Assembly: GCA_964644445.1 (NCBI GenBank)
Contig: CAZXVF010000003.1
Coordinates: 1-57,692, forward strand
DNA: 57,692 nucleotides
Reading direction: 5' to 3'
DNA from: an uncultured Ruminococcus sp.
Lineage (GTDB): Bacteria > Bacillota > Clostridia > Oscillospirales > CAG-272
Below, piece after piece: positions 41,011 through 51,245 of the stretch (within the stretch, counting starts at the first letter, position 1; each line of letters begins with the position of its first letter). Both the position numbers and the translations under genes were made by a program. The notes under the pieces were generated by a model, which worked only from the letters and a program-made list of their open reading frames with translations, had not been told where the DNA came from and did no database searches.

Positions 41011-42075
41011 ATGACACAGTTCAAAAGGATAGGCGTTCTCACGTCGGGCGGCGACGCTCCCGGTATGAATGCGGCGGTAAGAGCGGTAGTGCGCACTGCG
41101 GTAAGACGCGGAGTCGAGGTCATGGCAATTTACCGCGGTTATTCGGGACTTATCTCGGGAGATATCAAGCGCTTCGAGGTTCGCGACGTCTCAAACATAA
41201 TAAATAAGGGCGGCACTATACTCTATTCCGACCGTTGCCCCGAGATGAAAACTCCCGAGGGACTTGCGAAGGCTGTCGAAAACTGTCACAAATTCGGCAT
41301 TGACGGTCTCGTCTGCATCGGCGGCGACGGAACGTTTATGGGTGCTATCGCTCTGACCAATGCGGGTATTCCCTGCGTCGGCATCCCGGGCACGATAGAT
41401 AACGATATTGCCTCTACGGATAACACTATTGGCTTCGACACCGCTATGAACACGGTAGTTGATCTTATCGACAAGCTCCGCGACACCTGCGAGTCTCATG
41501 CAAGGTGCAACGTCGTCGAGGTTATGGGCAGAGATTGCGGTGATATCGCTCTCAATACTGCCATTGCTTCGGGTGCTACGGCGGTAGTTATTCCCGAATT
41601 TCCGCACGACGATAATTCCATCTGCAAAAAGATAAAGCTCGGACGCGAGATGGGCAAGCGTAACTTCATCGTTATGGTATCCGAGGGACTCGGCACGGAA
41701 TACGGCCCTGCGCTGACGGCTAAGATCGAGCGCGAAACGGGCGTTGAATCCAGATTTGCAAGACTCGCGCACATCGTAAGAGGCGGAAGCCCCAGCCTGC
41801 GTGACAGAATACTTGCCTCACGTCTCGGCGTTCTTGCGGTAGAGGAGCTGCTTCTCGGTCACTCGAACATCGTCGTTTGCGAAAGAGACAACCACACCAT
41901 AGCGGAGGATATCCACTTCGCACTCACTATGGATAACATGTACAAGGATAAGCTTAAGGAAGGCGAGCTTGATCGCTTCTCACCCGAGGAAGTCGAGAGA
42001 ATGAGAGTTGCGGTCGAACGCCAGAAGGCAATGAAGCTCGAGCTTTACGGTATTGAAAATAAGATAAATATCTGA
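41011..42075 (+). CDS. pfkA: ATP-dependent 6-phosphofructokinase
   Basis: TSGGDAPGMNAA; GGDGT; PGTIDND; EVMGR; RGGSP; start MTQFK after AAGGAG. Confidence 0.95.
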   Translation: MTQFKRIGVLTSGGDAPGMNAAVRAVVRTAVRRGVEVMAIYRGYSGLISGDIKRFEVRDVSNIINKGGTILYSDRCPEMKTPEGLAKAVENCHKFGIDGLVCIGGDGTFMGAIALTNAGIPCVGIPGTIDNDIASTDNTIGFDTAMNTVVDLIDKLRDTCESHARCNVVEVMGRDCGDIALNTAIASGATAVVIPEFPHDDNSICKKIKLGREMGKRNFIVMVSEGLGTEYGPALTAKIERETGVESRFARLAHIVRGGSPSLRDRILASRLGVLAVEELLLGHSNIVVCERDNHTIAEDIHFALTMDNMYKDKLKEGELDRFSPEEVERMRVAVERQKAMKLELYGIENKINI

Positions 42076-42137
42076 CGCACCCTTTGCGGCATCTCGGATC
42101 CGTTAAATGCGGACTTTTCTACGGACTTTTCTGATTT

Positions 42138-42167
42138 CCCCCTCGTTTTTCGAGGGGATATTTTTTT
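42138..42167 (+). terminator. Intrinsic terminator
   Basis: CCCCTCG/CGAGGGG stem plus T7. Confidence 0.75.
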
Positions 42168-42330
42168 ACCGCTTTCCCCACCCTCTCCTTCGCGCCACGC
42201 GCGCTTTTTCCTTCACGGAGCCGAGCGAGGTGCTTTTAGAGTAATTTTAAGGCATATTTAAGTATCGGGTGCTACAATAGTCTTACGCGCAAAAAGCTTT
42301 ATGATTTTTTCTGTTTTTTAAGGAGTCGTT

Positions 42331-43668
42331 ATGATTATCAAACACAAGACCTACAGAGAGGTTCTGGAAAAGAAAAAAAAGAGAGAGCCGAAGCCGCTGA
42401 AGCCGAGTCTTTTGCTCAACGCTCTGATACGCTTGGTATCCATCCCCGACCTTAAGGCAACGCATTTTACCTACGAGAGCTTCGGCATGGAAAAGCTCGG
42501 CGACAAGGAGCCCTGCCTTATTCTTATGAACCACTCTAGCTTCATAGACCTGAAGATAGCGAACAGAATATTCTTCCCCAAGAGAAGATACAACATAATC
42601 TGCACCTCCGACGGCTTTATCGGGCGCGACCTGCTCATGCGAATGATAGGCTGTATTCCGACGAAGAAATTCGTAAGCGAGGTAAGTCTTTTACACGATA
42701 TAGATTATGCGGTAAAGAAGCACGGCTCGTCCATCCTCATGTACCCCGAGGCAAGCTACAGCTTCGACGGCACGGCGACGCCCCTTCCCGAGAGTCTCGG
42801 CAGATGCATTAAGCTTTTCGGTATGCCGGTAGTTCTGGTGCTTACCAAGGGCGCATACCACCGCGATCCTCTTTATAATAACCTTCAGCTCCGCGACGTC
42901 AACGTCAGTGCAACCGTGGAATATCTTCTCTCTCCCGAAAGGATAAACGAGATGTCCGCAGAGGAAATAAACGCGCTGCTCGGTGAAAAATTCTCATTCG
43001 ACAACTGGACGTGGCAAAAGGAAAGCGGAACGAAGATAACGGAGCCCTTCCGCGCCGACGGACTTCAAAGAGTGCTTTACAAGTGTCCGCACTGCAACGC
43101 CGAGGGCAAGACCGAGGGTATCGGCGAGGAGCTTATCTGCCATGCCTGCGGCAAAAAATATATCCTAACTCCCGAGGGTGATATGAAGGCCGAGGAGGGC
43201 GAGACCGAATTTTCTCATATTCCAGACTGGTATTCGTGGGAGCGTGAATGCGTGCGCGGCGAGATACTTGACGAGAGCTATCGTCTGGACGCAGAGGTAG
43301 ATATTTACGCCATGGTCGATACGGAATGCATATATTCCGTCGGTGAAGGACGGCTCACTCATAATAACGAAGGCTTCCATCTGACGGGCTGCAACGGAGA
43401 GCTTGATTACAGGCAGAAGGCACTTTCATCCTACGGTCTTTATTCGGATTATTATTGGTACAAGCTCGGTGACATAATTTGCATCGGCAACAAGGATATT
43501 CTCTACTACTGCTTCCCGAAAAACTGCGGTGACGTGGTTGCCAAGACCAGACTTGCGGCAGAGGAAATGTACAAGCTGAAAAGGGCTGCGCGCAGAATAG
43601 CAAGAGCAGAACGCCGTCCCGAAGCGATCGATCCCACGGTGAAAAAGGAAGCCGCCGTCGGAGTATGA
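42331..43668 (+). CDS. Long PlsC-like acyltransferase with Zn-ribbon domain (paralog 2)
   Basis: NHSSFID; YPEA; LYKCPHC..CHACG; WYSWE. Confidence 0.82.
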   Translation: MIIKHKTYREVLEKKKKREPKPLKPSLLLNALIRLVSIPDLKATHFTYESFGMEKLGDKEPCLILMNHSSFIDLKIANRIFFPKRRYNIICTSDGFIGRDLLMRMIGCIPTKKFVSEVSLLHDIDYAVKKHGSSILMYPEASYSFDGTATPLPESLGRCIKLFGMPVVLVLTKGAYHRDPLYNNLQLRDVNVSATVEYLLSPERINEMSAEEINALLGEKFSFDNWTWQKESGTKITEPFRADGLQRVLYKCPHCNAEGKTEGIGEELICHACGKKYILTPEGDMKAEEGETEFSHIPDWYSWERECVRGEILDESYRLDAEVDIYAMVDTECIYSVGEGRLTHNNEGFHLTGCNGELDYRQKALSSYGLYSDYYWYKLGDIICIGNKDILYYCFPKNCGDVVAKTRLAAEEMYKLKRAARRIARAERRPEAIDPTVKKEAAVGV

Positions 43669-43793
43669 GCCTTGTAAAAACGCAATAAAGCAAAGTGAGA
43701 TATGGAATTTTAATCGTAAAAACGTAACAAAACGCCAATTATACTTTACAATTTCCGACGTTTTTATCTTTTTTTACAAACAAAACAAAAAGC

Positions 43794-43822
43794 AAAAGCG
43801 GTGCAAAATGCACCGCTTTTTT
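43794..43822. terminator. Bidirectional terminator
   Basis: AAAAGCGGTGCA-AAA-TGCACCGCTTTT. Confidence 0.85.
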
Positions 43823-43965
43823 AACGAAATACGAAGTCAAGGCGGACGGTACGCTTCCGTAGCATTTTGCCTTTTTCGTATTTGATTTTCAAGATTTCAA
43901 CGTACCGTTAAGCCCGAGCTTATTTGCTTTTGAAGCCAAGCTTAACCGCTTTTCGGATTTTTTCA

Positions 43966-44700
43966 TCAGCCTCTGCCGATACCCGTAAGATCCTTTATTA
44001 CCTCGCCCGCTATAATGAGTCCAGCAACGGACGGCACGAAGGATATGCTTGCCGGAACGGCTCTTCCCTCTCCCGCGCTCTCACGCTCCGAAGACGTATC
44101 TTTGGGACTTTGTCGGTACGGCTTCTCCGTCGAGTAAACCACCTTCAGATGATTGATGCCGCGCTTGCGCAGTCCGATTCTTACCGCCCGTGCCAGTGGG
44201 CAGACCTCCGTCTTGGATATGTCCGAAACCTTGAAGGCGCAGGGATCGAGCTTATTGCCCGTACCCATAGAGGAAATGATCGGCACGCCTGCGTCTCTTG
44301 CGCATTCCGCCAGCAAAAGCTTGGATTGCACGGAATCTATGGCGTCCACGATATAGTCGTATTTTGTAAACTCTATTTTACTTTTCGTGTCGTTTTCAAA
44401 GAAGAAATCAAATTTTTCAACCGATGCGTCCGGATTGATTTTTGCAATTCTCTCGGCTGCCGCCTCGGTTTTAAGCTGTCCTACCGTATCCGTGGTCGCT
44501 ATGATCTGTCGGTTAATATTCGAATATGCGACCTTATCGGAATCTACTAAGGCTATATGCCCGACTCCGGCTCTCGCCAACGCCTCAACGGTATATCCGC
44601 CGACTCCGCCGACTCCGAAAACTATCACCCTTGATCTCTTTAATTTTTCCAGTGCCTCTTTACCTATCAGCATTTCGGTTCTCTCGTGTCGGTTCTCCAT
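43966..44700 (-). CDS. tcdA: tRNA threonylcarbamoyladenosine dehydratase (ThiF family)
   Basis: GVGGVG; SNINRQ; DAID; SSMGTGNKLDP; CPLAR; VVYSTE; FVPSVAG; start MENR after GGAGGAG. Confidence 0.9.
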   Translation of the reverse strand: MENRHERTEMLIGKEALEKLKRSRVIVFGVGGVGGYTVEALARAGVGHIALVDSDKVAYSNINRQIIATTDTVGQLKTEAAAERIAKINPDASVEKFDFFFENDTKSKIEFTKYDYIVDAIDSVQSKLLLAECARDAGVPIISSMGTGNKLDPCAFKVSDISKTEVCPLARAVRIGLRKRGINHLKVVYSTEKPYRQSPKDTSSERESAGEGRAVPASISFVPSVAGLIIAGEVIKDLTGIGRG

Positions 44701-44760
44701 TTTCTCCTCCGTTTTGCGCGTCGTTAATTTTTTGTGCAGTCGGCCGTTTCTTTTGACGCT

Positions 44761-44952
44761 ATTATACCACCTCAAAGCGTACCTTGTCAACCCTTGCGTT
44801 TTCCCCGACGGGTGCGCTTGCTTTCTTCTTTATGAACGCGAACGTATTTTCCCGACGCGGCGGACGTGCTTTCTTTACCGTTACGTGCTTTTCTCCTTAG
44901 CAAGCGCTATAACATTTTTTCCTTGACAGACACGCGTGCGTGATGGTATAAT
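44761..44952. promoter_or_regulatory. Divergent sigma-A promoters for tcdA and comM
   Basis: Minus: TTGACA(44785-44790)-N18-TATAAT; plus: TTGACA(44923-44928)-N18-TATAAT; both TG-extended. Confidence 0.7.
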
Positions 44953-45115
44953 ATTTTTAACCTAGCTTAGCGGTAACGCAACAAGATATAAACGAGGCGT
45001 ATAAAAAAGCAACGAAAACGGCAGCATCTGAAAAACGCAACGAACGTCTCAAATACAAAATTTCCACTAAAAAACATCGGTCGAGTCACAGTCTCGGCAC
45101 GACACGGAGGTCAAT

Positions 45116-46660
45116 ATGATTTCAAAGGTTTACAGCTCGGGCATCATCGGTATAGACGGCTACGAGGTCACGGTCGAATGCAGCGCATGGAAAAGACTGC
45201 CGAGATTTGAGCTTGTCGGTCTGCCCGACACCGCCGTTAAGGAGGCAAAAAACAGAGTTCAATCCGCATCTGAAAATTCTGGGATAAAATTCCCCTCGCT
45301 TGACATTATGGTCAATCTCGCTCCCGCCGACGTAAAAAAGGTAGGCTCTGCCTTTGACCTTGCCATACTTCTCGCGATCTATCAATGCGACGGAAGAATA
45401 CCCGTAAATTACGATTTCTCGGACAAATGCTTCGTCGGCGAGCTGTCGCTCTCGGGTGACGTAAGACCTATCGGCGGAGTTCTCTCCATGACGATCTGTG
45501 CACGTGACAACGGCAAAAAGGAGATCTACGTTCCCGCCGAAAATGCAGGTGAAGCGGCAGTCGTCGAAGGAATAAAGGTCTACGGAGTGACGAACGTTAA
45601 GTCGCTTCTCGATCATATACACGGCACTCACCGCATTGAGCCGCGCACCTTCGATCCCTCCCTTTTCGACCTTACGGGGCACGTCTCGGCACCCGACTTT
45701 TCCGACGTGCGAGGACAGCTGAAGGCAAAGCGCGCTCTTGAAATTGCGGCGGCAGGCGGGCACAACGTCCTTATGATAGGTCCTCCCGGCACCGGTAAAT
45801 CCATGCTTGCCAAGCGACTTTGCGGAATACTTCCCGATATGAGCTTTGAGGAGGCGGTTGAGACGACGAAGATACAGTCCGTCACAAGAGCACTTACCGA
45901 AAATCTCGTTACCGAGCGTCCGTTCCGCTCTCCGCACCATACCGTAACCGCCGCCGGACTCTGTGGAGGAGGCTCCAATCCGCGCCCGGGTGAAATATCT
46001 CTCGCGCACAACGGCATACTTTTCCTAGACGAGCTTCCCGAATTTTCAAGATCTGCGACCGATTCCTTAAGACAACCGCTGGAGGACGGATGCGTGACCG
46101 TAACACGCGCCGCGGCAAAGATAACCTATCCCTCGTCCTTTATGCTCGTTTGTGCCATGAACCCGTGCAAATGCGGCTACTTCGGCGACGAGGCAAGAGA
46201 ATGCACCTGCACACCTTCCGCAAGGGCAAAATATCTCGAGCGCGTCAGCGGTCCGCTTCTTGACAGGATAGATATACAAATAGAGCTGCCCTCGGTCTCC
46301 TACGGTGACATTTCGGGCAAGACCGCGGCAGGCGAGCCGTCAAGCGAGATACGCAAAAGGGTAAACGCGGCACGCAAATTTACCGACGAACGTCTGAAGC
46401 GCGGCGGAGATCCCACGGGAACGCTGAATGCAAATATGAGCGTCCGCCTTCTCCACAAGTACTGTAAGCCGACGCCCGAGGGCGAGGAGCTGATGCAGGA
46501 GGCCTTTGAGGCACTGGGACTTTCGGCAAGAGGACACGACAGAGTTTTGCGCGTTGCACGCACCATTGCCGATCTCGACGGCTCCGAGGTTATAACGGAC
46601 GACCATATAGCCGAGGCAATAATGTACCGCTCGCTCGACAGAAAGTATTGGCGCAGATAA
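45116..46660 (+). CDS. comM: YifB/ComM Mg-chelatase-like AAA+ ATPase
   Basis: VGLPDTAVKE; NLAPAD; GPPGTGKS; PFRSPHH; FLDELPEF; AMNPCKCG; ARTIADL. Confidence 0.93.
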   Translation: MISKVYSSGIIGIDGYEVTVECSAWKRLPRFELVGLPDTAVKEAKNRVQSASENSGIKFPSLDIMVNLAPADVKKVGSAFDLAILLAIYQCDGRIPVNYDFSDKCFVGELSLSGDVRPIGGVLSMTICARDNGKKEIYVPAENAGEAAVVEGIKVYGVTNVKSLLDHIHGTHRIEPRTFDPSLFDLTGHVSAPDFSDVRGQLKAKRALEIAAAGGHNVLMIGPPGTGKSMLAKRLCGILPDMSFEEAVETTKIQSVTRALTENLVTERPFRSPHHTVTAAGLCGGGSNPRPGEISLAHNGILFLDELPEFSRSATDSLRQPLEDGCVTVTRAAAKITYPSSFMLVCAMNPCKCGYFGDEARECTCTPSARAKYLERVSGPLLDRIDIQIELPSVSYGDISGKTAAGEPSSEIRKRVNAARKFTDERLKRGGDPTGTLNANMSVRLLHKYCKPTPEGEELMQEAFEALGLSARGHDRVLRVARTIADLDGSEVITDDHIAEAIMYRSLDRKYWRR

Positions 46661-46801
46661 GGGCACGCAGAAAGCAAACCAAAAAAGCAAAACCACAAAA
46701 AAGAAACAGAAAAATAAACGCCGACAATACGAAAATAACATAAAAATGAGCAAATTTGACAATATATGTTTACGTTTTGCGGCGTTTTCGGATATTTAAC
46801 A

Positions 46802-49126
46802 GTGAAAAGAAAAAACAAACTTCCCGAGCTTTTAGCTCCCGCAGGCAGCTTTGAATGTCTGTTGGCGGCAATTGAAGCAGGGGCGGACGCCGTATATATA
46901 GGCGGCAAAAAATTCGGGGCGAGAGCCTTTGCGAAAAACTTCGATACGGACGAAATAGCGAGAGCGGTAAGCTATGCGCACTTGCACGGACGGAAGGTCT
47001 ACGTCACCTTGAACACTCTTCTCCTCGACCGCGAGATACCCGATGCCATCGAGTATGCAAGAGAGCTTTACCGCGCAGGGGTGGACGCACTTATAGTTGC
47101 CGATCTCGGACTGGTATCTCTTATAAAAAAGAATATTCCCGACTTCGAGCTTCACGCATCCACGCAGATGTCGATTCACAATTCCCTCGGTGCCGACGAG
47201 GCGTTTTCGCTCGGCTGTGACAGAGTCGTTCTTGCCCGCGAGCTTTCGGGTGAATCGATTGCCGAGGTCACGGCAAAATGCAAATGCGAGATCGAAGTGT
47301 TCCTCCACGGCGCACTCTGCGTTTGTCACTCGGGGCAATGCCTCTTCTCGTCGCTCGTCGGAGGAAGAAGCGGAAACCGCGGCGAATGTGCCCAGCCCTG
47401 CAGACTTCCCTACGGCGAAGATTCCTATCCCCTGTCGCTCACCGACCTCTGCCTTGCGAATCATATAAGAGAGCTATGCGACAGCGGCGTTGCCTCATTG
47501 AAGATCGAGGGAAGAATGAAATCTCCCGACTACGTCTACAGGGTAACGAGCATTTACAGACGCCTGCTTGACGAATACCGAGAGGCGACCGACGGAGAGA
47601 TGAGAGAGCTGCGCGCCGTATTTTCAAGAGGCGGATTTACGGATAAATATTTCACCTCGCGCCTTGACGAGCCTATGACGGGAACTCGGGGCAACGAGGA
47701 TAAATCCGAAACGCGCTCACTCGCACAGCGCGAATACACGGTACAAAAAATCACGGTACGAGCCAAGGGAAAATTCATCGTAGGCAAGCCCTCGGAGCTG
47801 ACGCTTTGGAGCAAAGAAAAGAGCGTTACCGTCACTGGTGACGCACCGACCGAAGCAATAACCCAACCGCTAACGAAGGACGCATTAAGGGAAAGACTTT
47901 CAAAGACCGGACAAACGCTGCTCTCCCTTGCGCCCGAGGATATCGAAATAACGCTTTCCGACGGTGTGAATCTTTCCCCTAAAAGCATAAACGCCCTGCG
48001 GCGAGCGGCAACGGAAAAATTCGAATATGCAGGCAGAAGCCTTGAAAATTCACCTCCCGAAGAACGAGCAGAAAAAGAAACATCCGAATACGCGAGCACA
48101 GCCGTTGAAGTCGCTCTAAGCAAAGCGAAAATTCCAGAAGAAAAGCAAGATGAAAAAGAATCAGCAGACGAACCGCTGCGCACAACGGCGCTCTTCTTAA
48201 ATCCCGAGGTATACCGAAGGCTGGAGCAAAGCGGAGATACGAGAAATATAGACGTTTCGTTCTTGCCGCTGATGAGCACGTCGGATTTCGGAATGGCACG
48301 CGGGGTTTATCTGCCGCCGGTTATAACGGAACGCGAATTGCCACTCGTCAGAGGAAAACTGAAAACGCTGAAAAACACCCGCGTAACGTACGCTTTAGTT
48401 GGCAATTTAGGGCATTTTTCGCTCGCTAAGGAGTTCTCTCTGATACCGATCGGTGATTTCAGATTAAACGTTACCAACTCTTATACGAAGGACGTTTGCC
48501 GTTCTCTCGGCGCCCTCGACCTGATACTCTCCGTTGAGCTTACGGCACCGCAGGCAAGAGACGTGGGCGGCTTTACCGTGCAAATGGGACGCATTCCCTT
48601 GATGCTCACCGAGCGTTGCTTTATCAAAGAGAATTTCGGCTGCAGCGCATGCGGCACCGCCTGCCTTGAGGATAGAATGGGCGAGCGTTTTCCTCTCTTG
48701 CGCGAGTTTGACCACCGAAACCTGATACTCAATTCCCGCATTACCTACATGGGAGATAAAAGGAGCGAGCTGCGTGCCGTAGGTCTTGAAAAGGCGCATT
48801 TTATCTTTTCGACGGAGGACTTTAACGAGGCGCGAGAGCTACTCGGAGCATTTGAGCAAGAAAGTCCGATTCCCTACCCGCATCGCCGTCTCGGCAAGCG
48901 AGAATTACCTAAGCCGAAGCCCGAAAAAACGCACGGGAGCACCGCCGCGGAAAAATCGTCAAAAAGCGTAAGAACGCAAATAAACGCAAAACCGCAAAAA
49001 GCGCAAAACGGCGAAAGGCTCTCAAAGGGCAAAGGGACGGAAAAACGGCAAAAGCCCGAAATCCGACAAAGAAGCAAAAAAGCGAACGGCATACAGCCGC
49101 TCGCCAAGAAAAGAATAAGCAGATAA
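46802..49126 (+). CDS. U32 family Fe-S protein, long form (RlhA-like RNA hydroxylation candidate)
   Basis: PELLAPAG; FGAR; HASTQM; CVCHSGQC..NRGECAQPCR; LKIEGRMK; start uncertain (GTG, no clear SD). Confidence 0.85.
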   Translation: MKRKNKLPELLAPAGSFECLLAAIEAGADAVYIGGKKFGARAFAKNFDTDEIARAVSYAHLHGRKVYVTLNTLLLDREIPDAIEYARELYRAGVDALIVADLGLVSLIKKNIPDFELHASTQMSIHNSLGADEAFSLGCDRVVLARELSGESIAEVTAKCKCEIEVFLHGALCVCHSGQCLFSSLVGGRSGNRGECAQPCRLPYGEDSYPLSLTDLCLANHIRELCDSGVASLKIEGRMKSPDYVYRVTSIYRRLLDEYREATDGEMRELRAVFSRGGFTDKYFTSRLDEPMTGTRGNEDKSETRSLAQREYTVQKITVRAKGKFIVGKPSELTLWSKEKSVTVTGDAPTEAITQPLTKDALRERLSKTGQTLLSLAPEDIEITLSDGVNLSPKSINALRRAATEKFEYAGRSLENSPPEERAEKETSEYASTAVEVALSKAKIPEEKQDEKESADEPLRTTALFLNPEVYRRLEQSGDTRNIDVSFLPLMSTSDFGMARGVYLPPVITERELPLVRGKLKTLKNTRVTYALVGNLGHFSLAKEFSLIPIGDFRLNVTNSYTKDVCRSLGALDLILSVELTAPQARDVGGFTVQMGRIPLMLTERCFIKENFGCSACGTACLEDRMGERFPLLREFDHRNLILNSRITYMGDKRSELRAVGLEKAHFIFSTEDFNEARELLGAFEQESPIPYPHRRLGKRELPKPKPEKTHGSTAAEKSSKSVRTQINAKPQKAQNGERLSKGKGTEKRQKPEIRQRSKKANGIQPLAKKRISR

Positions 49127-49301
49127 TTATCAACCTTAAATTGGGCAATAGCCAAAAACTCAAAAGGTAAAAATGATAAAGCAGATCACAAAATTCGAAT
49201 CCGACAACGAATTGCGGATATAAAAGCAAAATTCGGCAAACGAAACGCCAAATTCAAAATCTGATAACGAATTCTAAAATACGTTTTGCCCTCAAAAAAC
49301 C

Positions 49302-49330
49302 AAAGCCCCGAGGGTGTTCCCTCGGGGTTG
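49302..49330. terminator. Terminator after tRNA-Thr
   Basis: CCCCGAGGG/CCCTCGGGG stem. Confidence 0.75.
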
Positions 49331-49332
49331 TC

Positions 49333-49408
49333 TGGAGCTGCTACCCAGATTCGAACTGGGGACCTCATCCTTACCAAGGATGTGCTCTACCAACTGAGCC
49401 ATAGCAGC
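49333..49408 (-). tRNA. tRNA-Thr(GGT)
   Basis: GCTGCTA acceptor; CATCC-TTGGTAA-GGATG anticodon arm; TTCGAAT; encoded CCA; promoter TTGACA-N17-TATAAT at 49440-49468. Confidence 0.97.
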
Positions 49409-49660
49409 AAATCACAAGATTTTTCCTGTGACGCAGACTATTATATCAAATATTTATCGGTTTGTCAATAGATTTTCAAAAAAGTTTTTAAAATTACGAC
49501 AGAGCCGCACCAGCGTGCTTGCACATCATGGCAAAGCGCATTATCTTAAGTGGCATTAAAAGCACCGAAACAGTACAAATATGTCAAGTATTATTTACAT
49601 ATCGGATAATAATTACACATTGCACAAAGAAAACGCACTTAAAGCGAGAAGGAGAAAAAG

Positions 49661-49960
49661 ATGAAATGTCCCTACTGCGGCCGCGAAATGGAATACGGCT
49701 TAATTCAAAGCTCAAACGCTATAGCTTGGCTTAAAACCGAAAAGAGAAAATTCTTCTATTTCCCAAAGCTTTCGCCCGACTCGGTCACACTGTCCGCGCT
49801 CTCAATGCTCAGGGGCTCCGCGGTGGTTGCATACAACTGTCGCGAATGTAAAAAAATTATCGTGGATTACGGTGATCCGACCTCCGATCTCAATTTCACA
49901 CCGCCGAAAGGTGACGCGACTCTGCAAAAAGATGAGGAGCAAGCTGCCGAAAACGACTAG
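49661..49960 (+). CDS. Small Zn-ribbon protein (DUF6487-like)
   Basis: MKCPYCGREMEYG..AYNCRECKKIIVDY; SD AAGGAG. Confidence 0.75.
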   Translation: MKCPYCGREMEYGLIQSSNAIAWLKTEKRKFFYFPKLSPDSVTLSALSMLRGSAVVAYNCRECKKIIVDYGDPTSDLNFTPPKGDATLQKDEEQAAEND

Positions 49961-50090
49961 TGCGTGCAAAAAACAAAGAATTGGCCGACGAAAAACGACT
50001 AGTGCGTGCAAAAAGCAAAGAGTAAGCCGCTGAAAGCCGATTAGTATGTACAAAAAGCAAGCCGCCGAAAACGACCTATCGCAGGCAAAA
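49940..50090. repeat. About 45-bp degenerate array starting in the gene 3' end
   Basis: AAAACGACTAGTGCGTGCAAAAA x2 plus two degenerate copies. Confidence 0.8.
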
Positions 50091-50167
50091 ATGAAGAGAC
50101 AACCAACGAATAGCGGCAAAATTCTTCCTTAGTATTATTAAGAAATATTAAAAAATCCTCTCTGCAA

Positions 50168-50196
50168 TTGACAATCACAACGCACGGTATTAAAAT
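50168..50196 (+). promoter_or_regulatory. Sigma-A promoter for the YwaF pair
   Basis: TTGACA-N17-TAAAAT. Confidence 0.7.
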
Positions 50197-50349
50197 CTAT
50201 ACGGAAGACCTTCTTTCGAAAATTTCCGAGCTCGGACGAACGTTCGTTTTATAAACGGCTCCGCCGGCAAAGCTTACAAGAGAAATTTTCGGAAGAGCCG
50301 TTTTCCATACAACTCACAAATCAAGACTAAAATCAAGGAGCTTTTTGAA

Positions 50350-51144
50350 ATGGACTTTTGGATAAAGGTTTATAACCTCTTCGACCGTCGGATGACTACT
50401 CCGACAAACTACAGCACCTTCCACATCGTATGTATTATTCTTTGCATCTCGGCGGCAGTTCTGCTTATCACGCTTTGCGGCAACGCAAGCGAAAAATTCG
50501 TTCGCAGACTGGCGGCGGCACTCTGGATAATCATAGTCGCCCTCGAGATAGGAAAGCAGCTGCTCTTCGGCTTTGACGTTGAGGATGGGCGGCTCGTTTG
50601 GGATTACGCATGGTACGCCTTCCCATTCCAATTCTGCTCCTCTCCGCTCTACGTTCTCCCCTTCGTAGCGTTTGCAAGAGACGGGCGCATTCGTGACAGT
50701 GCGATCCTTTTTCTCGCGACGTTCAGTCTTTTTGCCGGCATTTGCGTTTACGTTATACCGGGTGACGTTTTCGTTTCGCGCATATTTATTAACGTACAGA
50801 CGATGGTACACCACGGAGTTCAGCTCTTCTTCGGTGCTTATCTCGCTTACCGCTCGCGCAAACGCCTTACGCTGAAAAATCTTCCCTCAGCGGCGGCTGT
50901 GTTCGCAATTTTGGTCTCGGTAGCAATGATCCTCAATCTTACCGTGCACAACGCTCTCCGCGCGGCAGGTCAAGACGACACCTTCAACATGTTCTATATC
51001 AGTCCGTATTACCAGTGCCATATGCCGATACTTTCTGCAATAGACGAGGTTCTGCCCAGCCCTGCATTTATCGTCGTATACATTTTGCGCAGGCGTGGTT
51101 ATGTACGTTATGCGCGGAATATTCAAGTTGCCTTCAATATGTAA
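50350..51144 (+). CDS. YwaF-like integral membrane protein, probable frameshift near the C-terminus
   Basis: YSTFH; ALEIGKQ; PFQFCSSPLY; QTMVHHG; FNMFYISPY; last TM continues in another frame to 51178. Confidence 0.75.
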   Translation: MDFWIKVYNLFDRRMTTPTNYSTFHIVCIILCISAAVLLITLCGNASEKFVRRLAAALWIIIVALEIGKQLLFGFDVEDGRLVWDYAWYAFPFQFCSSPLYVLPFVAFARDGRIRDSAILFLATFSLFAGICVYVIPGDVFVSRIFINVQTMVHHGVQLFFGAYLAYRSRKRLTLKNLPSAAAVFAILVSVAMILNLTVHNALRAAGQDDTFNMFYISPYYQCHMPILSAIDEVLPSPAFIVVYILRRRGYVRYARNIQVAFNM

Positions 51145-51245
51145 ATCAAAGTTGGCAAAAACCGCCACTTTATCATAATCCTGCGTAATACGTAAAAAGC
51201 GATCTACACTAATATTCGATGAAAATACGAGAGAAAGGAGAACGA

